Source: Antedon mediterranea
Lineage: Eukaryota > Animalia > Echinodermata
Length of the DNA: 64,000 nt
Direction: 5' to 3'
Assembly (NCBI RefSeq): GCF_964355755.1
Contig: NC_092672.1
Coordinates: 22,519,237 to 22,583,236, forward strand
The notes below the pieces were generated by a model. It had not been told where the DNA came from, made no database searches, and saw only the letters and a list, made by a program, of their open reading frames with translations. Both the position numbers and the translations under genes were made by a program. Within the stretch, counting starts at the first letter, position 1. Every line of letters starts with the position of its first letter. Of the stretch, positions 23,030-32,379 are shown one piece after another.

Positions 23030-23839
23030 AAAGCTCGGAAATCTTTTTTTTTGGTGGGGAGGCGGGTGCCTTGATTGCCAGCTGGCATTCTTAACGTGAT
23101 CGGGTTGATTGCGAGGTATTTCGTCCTCTGCTGAAATTATTAACTTATTGTACTTACGGTGCATTTGTTAGTTTATTGAAGTTGGTATATTTATTGAAGG
23201 TATAACATACCGGTAAAGTTAATCACGCAGTATTGTGGCATTTGGATACTTGCTGATTAGCGTATCGACGGGGTAGTCGATGCGTACCGGGAGTTGTATT
23301 TATTTTGCTATAGTTGAAGGATTAGTGGGCAGTTTACTAGGCCGTATCACCTGGTGGGATACTGGGCGTGGCCGTTGAACTGAGTGGCACCACTAATTTT
23401 AAATTTGATTGTTTTTTATTGATAACATCTTTTTCGTCCGTCAGTCAGGTTTTTCATCTTGAGAAATTATATTGGCTGTGCGTATTATTGTGTTAACCTC
23501 ACAGTGGCATTATCGCTCTCCTTTCTTTGCATCGGGGGAAGGTTTAGTGGTAAGTGTTGTTAAACTGTATTGACGTCTCTTTGAATAATCTAGTTGTTTC
23601 TCATTGCAGGTTTGCTGGTGAAATATTTTATTATATTTGCATCTCCAACAACCATTTTGCAATATTGTGTGTGTGTTACTGCATTGACGATATTTTATTC
23701 TACTGTTGGGCCTGTAATTTTTATTACGTCTGGCGGTATTTTAATTTGTATCGTACTCTTTGCTTAATAACATCTGCCATACACTGTAACTAGATTTAGG
23801 AGCATAACAACCCAATAGAAGAGAGACGATTTTTAGATC

Positions 23840-25753
23840 ATGTCGTCTAATAAGGTTCTAGTTAACTTTTGCCCAGTGCAAGATCTTCATGGAGTCCCTA
23901 ATGTAGGGAAGAAACGAGCAACTAGAATAATTAAATGGCGGGCTACCCATGGCAACATTACGCCCTCTAATATTAATCAGATACACGGAGTAGCTGGTAC
24001 TGCCAGGTTGGTGGATTACCTGGATTTTCAGCCGAATCCGAGTTTAGGGGGAGGCGTAGGCCAGATGATTGATAATGTGTCACCTATAGTGGAGAAGCAA
24101 AATAGAGCGGCCAGAAAGGGGTCGCAGGTCTCACAATCTGTAGGTATGGAAGGGGCATATCGGGGGAAAAATGACGGGGGCCATAGTGGTCGATACCACG
24201 TCCTCTCATCGCCCCAGGCTACTCCTTTATTAGACGTACCAGGTACGTATTATACTACAGGACCTGCTAGTGATCCTCGTTATCTCGAAGGTGGGCTTGG
24301 GGCTTATACGCCATCCACCTTCGCTGGGCGTTCTGACCAGGATAGGAGTAAGAATAGGTCAACACAACGTAGGAGCTACATCAAAAAGCCATCTCCGATA
24401 ACCTTAGACTCGTGTTTTAGCTCTAGGGAGGACGAGGAGGAAAGACTCCCCAGGAGACTATCTAAAACCGCTAGGTCTAAAACTAGGGCTCGCCGGCGAT
24501 CTCCATCGGCCAGCGATAGTGACCTTAGTGGGGATGGTGCTGATACTGATAGTAGCAGGAGTAGAGAGTCGGATAGACAGTCGGATAGACATAGTGCAGG
24601 GGCTAGGACAGCAGTGGAGTGTCTTAGGGCGACCCCAAGAATCAGGCACTATGAAGGCCGGCAGGGTTTTTTAGAACGTAGGAGGATGCGTAAAAAAGAT
24701 ATACCTAGGTCTCTAACGTTTAGGGGGAGGGGAGACAACTGGTCCTTTTTTAAGCGGCGGTTGGCTTCATTTATAGAGGAGCAGGAACTCACAAACCGTG
24801 AAAGTAAGGACGTCCTTACTTGGTGTTTAGACGGGGCGGCGGCTGAGTTCTATGTGAATCTGATAGAAATGGACGCTGATTTGGGCTTTAGGCAGATCAT
24901 TAAAGCTTTTAACCGACGTTTTAGTGAGGACGAGCTCCCCGCAGTCCTCCAAGCTAAATTAGAGACTGCTACGCAAAATGAGGGAGAGACTATAGAGGAA
25001 TGGGGAGATAGAGTGCTAACCTTGACTAGAAAGGCGTTTAAGGATTTGCCCAAGGAGTGGATCCAAGAGCAGGCCGTAGTTAGGTTTTGTATTGGGTGCA
25101 GGGATGCAGAAGTAGGTAGGCACGTCATGCACAAGCACTGTTCAACTATTCCCAGAGCTATTAGGGAGTTTGAAAAATATGATAGTTATAGGGGGCTATA
25201 TAGTAAACGTAAGAGTAAGGTTAAGGATACCGTGAAACCTCATGTTAGGTCCACGGTCCGTACTTCTTTTGCACCCCCACTATCTTTTCAGCTACCTTCA
25301 GAAGACCAGGACGATACCGAGGGTGAAACTGGCGATGAGGTGTCCATTCAGCAGGTGCGAGGGAGGCCTATGAGGGGAAACCGTGTAACGTTTCAAAGGC
25401 CAGCACCAGCTTGGGTTCCTCCGGAACCCGCACCTACTGACGGCCAGAACCAGCCTCGAACTGTGACGTCGGTGCCACCCACCAACAATACTCCTACTAC
25501 AGAAGCCCGTTTGGCTACTGTGGAGGGTAATTTCCAGACGTTGAATACCAATCTGGGACGGGTGGAGAACACCGTGAACACGGAGATTGCCGCCATGCGG
25601 AATCAATTGGATCAGCTCATGCGTTTCCTGAAACCAGGCGAACTGGCTTGTTTTGAATGTAAGGAGGTGGGACACTTCCGCAGGGAGTGTCCGAGATTAG
25701 CGAGCCGTTTGCGTCAGGTTAGTGGCAATGAGCCGGATCCGTTAAACGAGTAA
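23840..25753 (+). CDS. gag: Gag: N-terminal HhH domain, R/S-rich linker, capsid-like core, CCHC zinc knuckle
   Basis: 637-aa ORF; Q.EGETIEEW.DRV capsid motif; CFECKEVGHFRRECP knuckle. Confidence 0.93.
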   Translation: MSSNKVLVNFCPVQDLHGVPNVGKKRATRIIKWRATHGNITPSNINQIHGVAGTARLVDYLDFQPNPSLGGGVGQMIDNVSPIVEKQNRAARKGSQVSQSVGMEGAYRGKNDGGHSGRYHVLSSPQATPLLDVPGTYYTTGPASDPRYLEGGLGAYTPSTFAGRSDQDRSKNRSTQRRSYIKKPSPITLDSCFSSREDEEERLPRRLSKTARSKTRARRRSPSASDSDLSGDGADTDSSRSRESDRQSDRHSAGARTAVECLRATPRIRHYEGRQGFLERRRMRKKDIPRSLTFRGRGDNWSFFKRRLASFIEEQELTNRESKDVLTWCLDGAAAEFYVNLIEMDADLGFRQIIKAFNRRFSEDELPAVLQAKLETATQNEGETIEEWGDRVLTLTRKAFKDLPKEWIQEQAVVRFCIGCRDAEVGRHVMHKHCSTIPRAIREFEKYDSYRGLYSKRKSKVKDTVKPHVRSTVRTSFAPPLSFQLPSEDQDDTEGETGDEVSIQQVRGRPMRGNRVTFQRPAPAWVPPEPAPTDGQNQPRTVTSVPPTNNTPTTEARLATVEGNFQTLNTNLGRVENTVNTEIAAMRNQLDQLMRFLKPGELACFECKEVGHFRRECPRLASRLRQVSGNEPDPLNE

Positions 25754-28700
25754 GGGTTGGGTCAGAGGGCCGACGACCTAACCCGGTTCCGGAAGCTGGC
25801 CAGAAAGAGGATGGTTCGTCGACTATCCCCAAGCTAGGCCCGATGGCCAAGCCTGTAAATACAGAGGGGGTAGCACCGGATCCTGTGACGATCATTGAGC
25901 CGTCTGCAATTAGCTCAGGGCTGATTGAATCATCTACACCGACGACAACCAAAACTGAAGAGACTCAAACCCGGATTGTTATCAATAGGGTAAAATCATT
26001 GAATGCGTTGCATGCAACTGCTTTTGTCAATGGTACCAAAATTGACGCAGTCGTGGATACTGCAGCGGATTTTACCATACTATCCGATAAGGTTTATAAA
26101 AGTCTAGATCCGGCACCACCTGTGGTGTCCACCCTGTCCTTTACTTTGGCAGGGAGGGGGACATCTATGCCAGGGTCGAAGGTGGGGCCGCTACAGTTTA
26201 CATTGGGAACCAAAGAGTACCATGAATTCTTTTATGTTGCCCCCATCAATGACGATATGCTCTTGGGTGGTGATTTTCTTCATCCACAGGGAGCCGTTAT
26301 CGATTGTGGAAATTTGCTTTTGGCAATTGGGGGCAGTACCATATCTCTAAGAGGGGATTCACCGGTGGAACCTAGGGTTGCCCAGGTAACGGTGGCTAAA
26401 CGGAGAGTAATTCCTCCTCACTCAGCCGCTCATGTTAAATGTAAACTTGTGACTAACAATGTATCTATGCCTGATTTCTTTATAGAGCCAGTTCCAACTA
26501 CTGACGATGTGGCGATACCGGCAACTTTACATCTACGCACTGATGCGCCATGCATCTGTGTCATCAACACATCTGATCATTACCTTACTATGAAAAAGGG
26601 TAGACAGATAGGTACGGCCAGGGAAGCTGAAGGGGTGAGTGTGTTCCAGACGGGGGCGACTCCGTCCGAGGATGCTTTGTCGAATCAAGCGGACGATGAC
26701 GGTGACCAACCTGAGGGGGTGCCGGCGCACCTAGTGGGCATGTTGGACTCTTCGAGATCTAATCTCTCAGGTGAAGAGGCTGACGCGCTCACTAAACTAT
26801 TGGTTGATTACCAGGATGTCTTCGCCGCTCATCAGTTCGACATTGGCACCTTTGGTGATATTGAACACAGCATCGACACTGGAGATGCCTCACCGATCAG
26901 GCAACGGCTCCGCCATACTCCTCTGCGCTTTGTGGGGGAGGAGGAAAAGGAGATAAAGAAGATGTTGGAGGCTGGTGTTATTCAACCATCCATGTCTGAA
27001 TGGGCGTCACCGCCTGTGTTGGTCCGGAAGCGCGATGGTTCTGTGCGCTTTTGCATTGACTATCGAGCTCTCAACAACATCACGACTAAAGATGCGTATC
27101 CATTACCTCTGATTCGTGATTGCCTTGACACACTGTCGGGGAATATCTGGTTTTCTAAACTGGACGCGATTTGGGGGTACTGGCAGATTAAGATGAAGGA
27201 TGAAGACCGTAAGAAGACAGCGTTTATCACCAAGCATGGCCTGTATGAATTCGTGAAGATGCCATTTGGTCTTACCAATTGTCCTGCAACCTTCTCCCGT
27301 GCCATGGGTTTGGTGCTGCGGGGATTGGCGTGGGATACGGTATTGGCATTTCTCGATGATATTGTCGTGCTAGGTAAAACGTTTGAAGATCATCTCAGCA
27401 ACCTCTCTCAGGTTCTGCAGCGATTTCGTGTTAACAACTTTAAACTTAAACCTAAAAAGTGTGTTTTCTTTCAGAAACAGGTTGAATTTTTAGGGCGAAT
27501 CGTTGGGGAGGATACGGTGGCAGTGTCCGATTCGGATATAAAGGCTGTTCAAGACTGGCCGGCACCTACCCATCTGAGAGAAGTACAGCAGTTCTTGGGG
27601 TTGGCTAATTACCATAGAGAGTTCATTGAGAACTTTGCTGGTTTAGCTGCACCTCTATATGAACTCACTAAAAAAGAGGTGAAGTTTCACTGGGATGAGG
27701 AACAACAACAAGCGTTCACCGACCTGAAAGCTGCTCTCGTTCAACCTCCTCTACTCGCCTTGCCGAACGGGACTGATGAATTTATTCTGGATGTCGACGC
27801 TTCGGATCAAGCGCTAGGAGGCGAGCTGCTCCAGGTGCAGGAAGGTAAGGAGAAGGTAATTGCATACGCAAGTGCTCGTCTAACTCATGAACAACGGAAC
27901 TATTGCACTACACGCAAGGAGTTGCTAGCAATTGTGTTCATGACAAGGCATTTTAGGCACTACCTTCTAGGCAGACCTTTTAGAGTGCGGACTGATCACA
28001 ATAGCCTGACCTGGCTCCTCAACTTCAAGCAGCCACAGGGGCAACTTGCTCGGTGGATTGAGGAGTTGAGCCAGTACCACCTGTTGATTGAACACCGCCG
28101 AGGGCAACACCATGGCAACGCCGATGCTCTGTCTCGCCGACCCGAAACTCATGACAGTAGCCACGAACGGCCTGCGCTTGAAGGGCTTCCCTGTGGGGGC
28201 TGTTCGTACTGTCAACGAGCGGATGCGAGATGGTCAGCGTTCCAGGATGAAGTGGACGACGTTGTGCCCATCGCGCACGTACACCAGGTAGCCGTGGACC
28301 ACCTGGAGGGTACTCTGCCAGGGGACGATGTTCCTTGGGACCCCGGTGGACAAGTAAGTATAGAGGTATCACGGACTGCTACTAACGGTACGATTCAGTT
28401 TTCTTTCCTACAGGACGATGATGGTGGACGAGTGGCTGCAGTACAGCTACGGCCGAAGGGAGCCGAGTGTTGGGGTTACTCACTGGATGAGCTACGGCAA
28501 CATCAAACGAGTGATCCTGACTTGGCACCTGTTCTGGACTGGTTGCGGAATGGGGAACCCTCCGAGAATCAGCTGTTTATCTCCAGCGCTGCCACCAAAC
28601 ACTACTGGCTGAACAGGCAACGCTTGCATCTCACGGAAGCAGGTATACTGTTCATCAACCAAGCAGAGGGTACCGGACGACTACTTGTGTTGCCCAAGGA

Positions 28701-29991
28701 GCTACATGCCGTAGCTTTTAGGTTACATCATGATTTGCCGTCGGCGGGTCATCAAGGGGTCGCTCGGACCAAGTTCCGATTGAAGGAGAAGTTTTTCTGG
28801 TACGGTATGGGCGGGGATATACAGAGGTATGTACAGACTTGCAATATTTGTAATAGAAGCAAGAAGGCTACTCGGCAAGGTCGACATCGGTTGACTGAAT
28901 TCCAGGCCGGCGTTCCCATGGAACGCGTACATATCGATTTCCTCGGCCCGTTACCAAAAACTGAACAGGGGAATATTTACGTTCTTATGATGGTCGACCA
29001 ATTCACAAAATGGGTTGAGATCAGCCCGCTCCCGTCTCAGGTTGCGGAGGTAACCGCTAGAGCCCTAGTAAGGGACTTCTTCTCTAGATTCGGTGTACCT
29101 TTTCAGTTGCACTCAGACCAGGGGAGAAATTTTGAGAGTGAATTGTTTGCATCTTTGTGTAAAGTTTTACAGATCCACAAGACCCGGACGACAAGCTACC
29201 GACCGTCGGCTAATGGTCAAGTAGAGCGATTTAATCGAACACTTATGGATGCTGTACGATGCTTCGTTGGGAAGAGACAACGAGACTGGGATGTCTATCT
29301 ACCGCAGATTGCTGGTGCACTACGCGCCACGGTGAACCGCTCGACTGGTTTTACTCCAAACATGCTGATGCTGGGCCGAGAGGTAAATTTACCAGCTGAT
29401 CTCATGTTCGGAGAATGCCGGTCCACTGATGAGCAGGAAGCCGCTATCTACGTTGCAGATTTGGTGAAAGCGACCCGTGATGCCCATGGCATCGCTAGGG
29501 ATACGCTAAAGCAGACTCAGAAGAGGATGAAACGGGACTATGATCTTCGAGTGCTGGAACGTCCATACCAATGTGGGGACAAAGTCTACGTTCTGGACAA
29601 CGCTACCCCTCGGGGGAAGTGCAAGAAATTGTGTCCCCCCTGGAAGGGGCCTGGTATTATCACTAAGGTTATTAGTTCTTGTTTATTTCAGGTGCAGCTG
29701 AGAAACAAGACAGTGGTTTTAAATCATGACAAGCTGAAGCCTTGTCGGGATCGACAGCTTCCTAAATGGCTGGTTGATTTTAACTTACTTCCTCTCTCTT
29801 CACCTACAGATCCGGATGCAGGAGGACCGTTGTATTGTCTATGTCGCCAGCCCTGGGCCGGCTCATTTATGATACAATGTGACTATTGCGAGGTGTGGTA
29901 CCATGGTGCATGTGTGAATATTGCACCGTCTGAGGCCTTGGACATCGACTTATATCGATGTGCGGACTGCAAGTCCTCGGTTAACAATTAG
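25732..29991 (+). CDS. pol: Pol: protease, RT, RNase H, integrase, C-terminal PHD finger (first ATG 25843; likely a Gag-Pol fusion)
   Basis: VDTAAD protease; MPFGL and FLDD RT; DVDASD/RTDH RNase H; H..GH/CNIC zinc finger, IDFLGP, SDQGRNF and GQVERFN integrase; C4HC3 PHD. Confidence 0.97.
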   Translation, partial: AGSVKRVRVGSEGRRPNPVPEAGQKEDGSSTIPKLGPMAKPVNTEGVAPDPVTIIEPSAISSGLIESSTPTTTKTEETQTRIVINRVKSLNALHATAFVNGTKIDAVVDTAADFTILSDKVYKSLDPAPPVVSTLSFTLAGRGTSMPGSKVGPLQFTLGTKEYHEFFYVAPINDDMLLGGDFLHPQGAVIDCGNLLLAIGGSTISLRGDSPVEPRVAQVTVAKRRVIPPHSAAHVKCKLVTNNVSMPDFFIEPVPTTDDVAIPATLHLRTDAPCICVINTSDHYLTMKKGRQIGTAREAEGVSVFQTGATPSEDALSNQADDDGDQPEGVPAHLVGMLDSSRSNLSGEEADALTKLLVDYQDVFAAHQFDIGTFGDIEHSIDTGDASPIRQRLRHTPLRFVGEEEKEIKKMLEAGVIQPSMSEWASPPVLVRKRDGSVRFCIDYRALNNITTKDAYPLPLIRDCLDTLSGNIWFSKLDAIWGYWQIKMKDEDRKKTAFITKHGLYEFVKMPFGLTNCPATFSRAMGLVLRGLAWDTVLAFLDDIVVLGKTFEDHLSNLSQVLQRFRVNNFKLKPKKCVFFQKQVEFLGRIVGEDTVAVSDSDIKAVQDWPAPTHLREVQQFLGLANYHREFIENFAGLAAPLYELTKKEVKFHWDEEQQQAFTDLKAALVQPPLLALPNGTDEFILDVDASDQALGGELLQVQEGKEKVIAYASARLTHEQRNYCTTRKELLAIVFMTRHFRHYLLGRPFRVRTDHNSLTWLLNFKQPQGQLARWIEELSQYHLLIEHRRGQHHGNADALSRRPETHDSSHERPALEGLPCGGCSYCQRADARWSAFQDEVDDVVPIAHVHQVAVDHLEGTLPGDDVPWDPGGQVSIEVSRTATNGTIQFSFLQDDDGGRVAAVQLRPKGAECWGYSLDELRQHQTSDPDLAPVLDWLRNGEPSENQLFISSAATKHYWLNRQRLHLTEAGILFINQAEGTGRLLVLPKELHAVAFRLHHDLPSAGHQGVARTKFRLKEKFFWYGMGGDIQRYVQTCNICNRSKKATRQGRHRLTEFQAGVPMERVHIDFLGPLPKTEQGNIYVLMMVDQFTKWVEISPLPSQVAEVTARALVRDFFSRFGVPFQLHSDQGRNFESELFASLCKVLQIHKTRTTSYRPSANGQVERFNRTLMDAVRCFVGKRQRDWDVYLPQIAGALRATVNRSTGFTPNMLMLGREVNLPADLMFGECRSTDEQEAAIYVADLVKATRDAHGIARDTLKQTQKRMKRDYDLRVLERPYQCGDKVYVLDNATPRGKCKKLCPPWKGPGIITKVISSCLFQVQLRNKTVVLNHDKLKPCRDRQLPKWLVDFNLLPLSSPTDPDAGGPLYCLCRQPWAGSFMIQCDYCEVWYHGACVNIAPSEALDIDLYRCADCKSSVNN
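25741..25801 (+). promoter_or_regulatory. Putative -1 ribosomal frameshift signal
   Basis: G_TTA_AAC in the gag/pol overlap, 6-nt spacer, stem GGGTTGGGTC/GACCTAACCC (25754-25784). Pol is in the -1 frame and open from 25732. Confidence 0.75.
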
Positions 29992-30213
29992 GTACTCGCG
30001 TTTATTTTCTCTTCTCTCTCAGACAGGGACCAGGTGCCGTTTGCTGACGGAAGCGGGGGACGGTGCTACTGGCATGTCCCACGGCCATTGACTATCTGAA
30101 GAGATCGTTGGGAGCAGTCTACATAGCTACGGGTATCGGGTATTTTTTCACGTACGAAAATCACCTGGTTTACCCCCGAGGTGGACCCAGGACGGGGTGC
30201 CCGCTTTTCAAAC

Positions 30214-30223
30214 ACGGGAGGAG
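30214..30223 (+). promoter_or_regulatory. Polypurine tract
   Basis: GGGAGGAG abuts the 3' LTR. Confidence 0.75.
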
Positions 30224-30521
30224 TGTTGTGAACGGCGCCCGCTGGGTAAACAGACCACCCCTCCGACCGAACGAGGGCGTCGCCCCGATAGCTTGATTTG
30301 CATACAGGGGGTATGCAAATGTTAACGTGGGGCCTTGACGCCGGCCGAACCGAGCTATTCGAAGCAGGAACCAAGGAGAAACGGACGCAACCGGAATTGA
30401 CAAAGATATTTGGATTTACTGCTTTCGGATACTTGTGTGATTTAGGACAAGCGGGACTGTTAAGGTAAGCCTAGTAGCTTTCATTATCAGGCCATTCCAG
30501 CACCGACCTAAAATCACAACA
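30224..30521 (+). repeat. 3' LTR
   Basis: Identical by eye to the 5' LTR. Confidence 0.97.
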
Positions 30522-31129
30522 CTGTGCTAATACGATCGGGCCCAGCAAATGAGACGATAGAAACCAAACTGGTTCCTAACACATGAGACGATCGGGCCAA
30601 CGCATGAGACGATCGGGCCAACGCATGAGACGATCGGGACCACATTTTCTGGGCCCAAGACGATCGGGCAGCAAATAAAAACATTTTACTGTGATAACCG
30701 GCCTAGACTTAGGTTAGGCCTAATATCCCATATAGTAATACTGTAATACGATTTCGATCCAAGTCGGCCCTAAACCGTCTCGGCCAAAGTCAAGTCGGCC
30801 CCAAGTAAACCCCAAGTCAAGTCGGCCCCCCGTCAAGTCGGCCTCAAGTCAACTCGGTCTCAAGTCAACTCGGCCTCACGTCAACTCAGCCAAAAAATAA
30901 TCAGGTATAGTATGTAGTTGTTTTTTGATAACAGAGAACTATCACTTATGCCATCCTCGTATATAATTAATTTCGTACGGAAAATACATTTAATTGATTT
31001 TATCATTAGATAGAGTATCATTCTTAGAATTAATTGTCAGTAATATATATAATTTTTTAAATGTTAGGGATATATTTTAAAATAACTATAAATAGATATA
31101 TAATTACAGAAACTCAAGATGTTCTTTTC

Positions 31130-31985
31130 TGCCTGAAACCTAGGCCGAGGAGGAGGCCTCCTCCTCCTCAGCTCTCTGCTCTCACTTCGTTCGTTTCGCT
31201 ACCTGATCCGTGCAGGCCTAGGCCTAGGCTAGACTGGATATTATGATTGCAAGCCAAAAAGGTAGATTTAGAAGCATATTTTATTGATTACCCATCATCA
31301 GTGTCACCCTTAAACAGATAGTTAAGCTATATTTGTAGGTCATAGCTTATTTCAGACAATATTTTAGCCTCCAAAAAGGGCAGATTAGGCCTAGTAGGGT
31401 AGTGGAGGGCAGGCCTATAGCCTATAGGCTAGCCTAGTCTAGGCCTAGCTAGCTAGCTAGGGCCTAGGCCTAGTTAGGCTAGCATCTCTCTACTCTAGCT
31501 AATAGTTTAGGCCTAAAAACTAGGTAGGCCTAGTACTACTAGGCCTACTATGGCTAGCCTTGTCTAGCTAGGCCTAGGCCTACTAGAAATAGAAAGATCT
31601 AGCCTAGCTAGAGTAGTAGGCTAGGCTAGTAGGCCCACCTGGTTAGGCCCTACTAGGGAACTGGTAGGCTAGCTAGCTAGGCCTACTTACTAGCTAATAA
31701 GTAGCTAGGCCTAGGCTGCCTAACTAGCTAGCTCTATGTATTCTAGTTAGGGCCTAGACTAGTTTATTAGGCCTTAGTTTAGGCTGATTAGGCCTGCCTA
31801 GTCCTAGTTAAATAAATAGGCATATAACCAGGCTCAGTCTAAACACTCTAGCTAGGCCTATCTATATGAGACCTGTGCTATTAATTATAGGACTAGGCCT
31901 AGGGCCTTGCTAGCTAGCCAGCAGAATGGTCTAGAGAGGCATAGGCCTAGCTAGGGATAGGCTGGGGGGTCATAGACAGCCTATC
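31130..31985. repeat. CTAG/AGGCCT-rich low-complexity tract
   Basis: Dense GGCCTAG/CTAGCTAG words without a fixed period. Confidence 0.85.
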
Positions 31986-32379
31986 TATATAAAATATTAG
32001 ATAGGTAGGTAGGAGTATTAAGATTCATCAGTGTGTAAGTTGATTTCATTGCTAATGCCAAGGTATTAGGCCTGTTTATTTTCAGGTTGAAAGCAATGGA
32101 TAAACAGAGATTCAATTCTACAACAAAAGAGACAAAAGTCAAACTCAAACTGATAATTAACAATGTTTCCAGTTAAATTAATGTTAATTATTTTAATAGA
32201 TTGTAGTGACCCTAACTACCTTACTGTTTGTGTATGGCTGTAATATTATATTAAATGTCATCACAATTAGTAAGGTTGTGAGGCTTCACAATTTCAAACA
32301 ACTCTTCTTGTGTCTCTTCTTCATGTGGATGGATTAAAAAATACTGTGAGTATTGTACACTCTTTATATGAATATATCA

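Larger units (their letters stand above)
22717..30521 (+). mobile_element. Full-length Ty3/Gypsy LTR retrotransposon
   Basis: Two 298-bp LTRs (TGTTGTGA...TCACAACA), 4-bp TSD CTGT (22713-22716 and 30522-30525), PBS, PPT, intact gag and pol in PR-RT-RH-IN order. Confidence 0.98.

Noticed and set aside
24458-28932. Short antisense and alternate-frame ORFs inside gag/pol
   Set aside because: Expected in GC-rich coding sequence; no motifs.
30063-30403. env-like third ORF
   Set aside because: Only 77 aa, non-ATG start, preceded by an in-frame stop and running into the LTR; no signal peptide or furin site seen.
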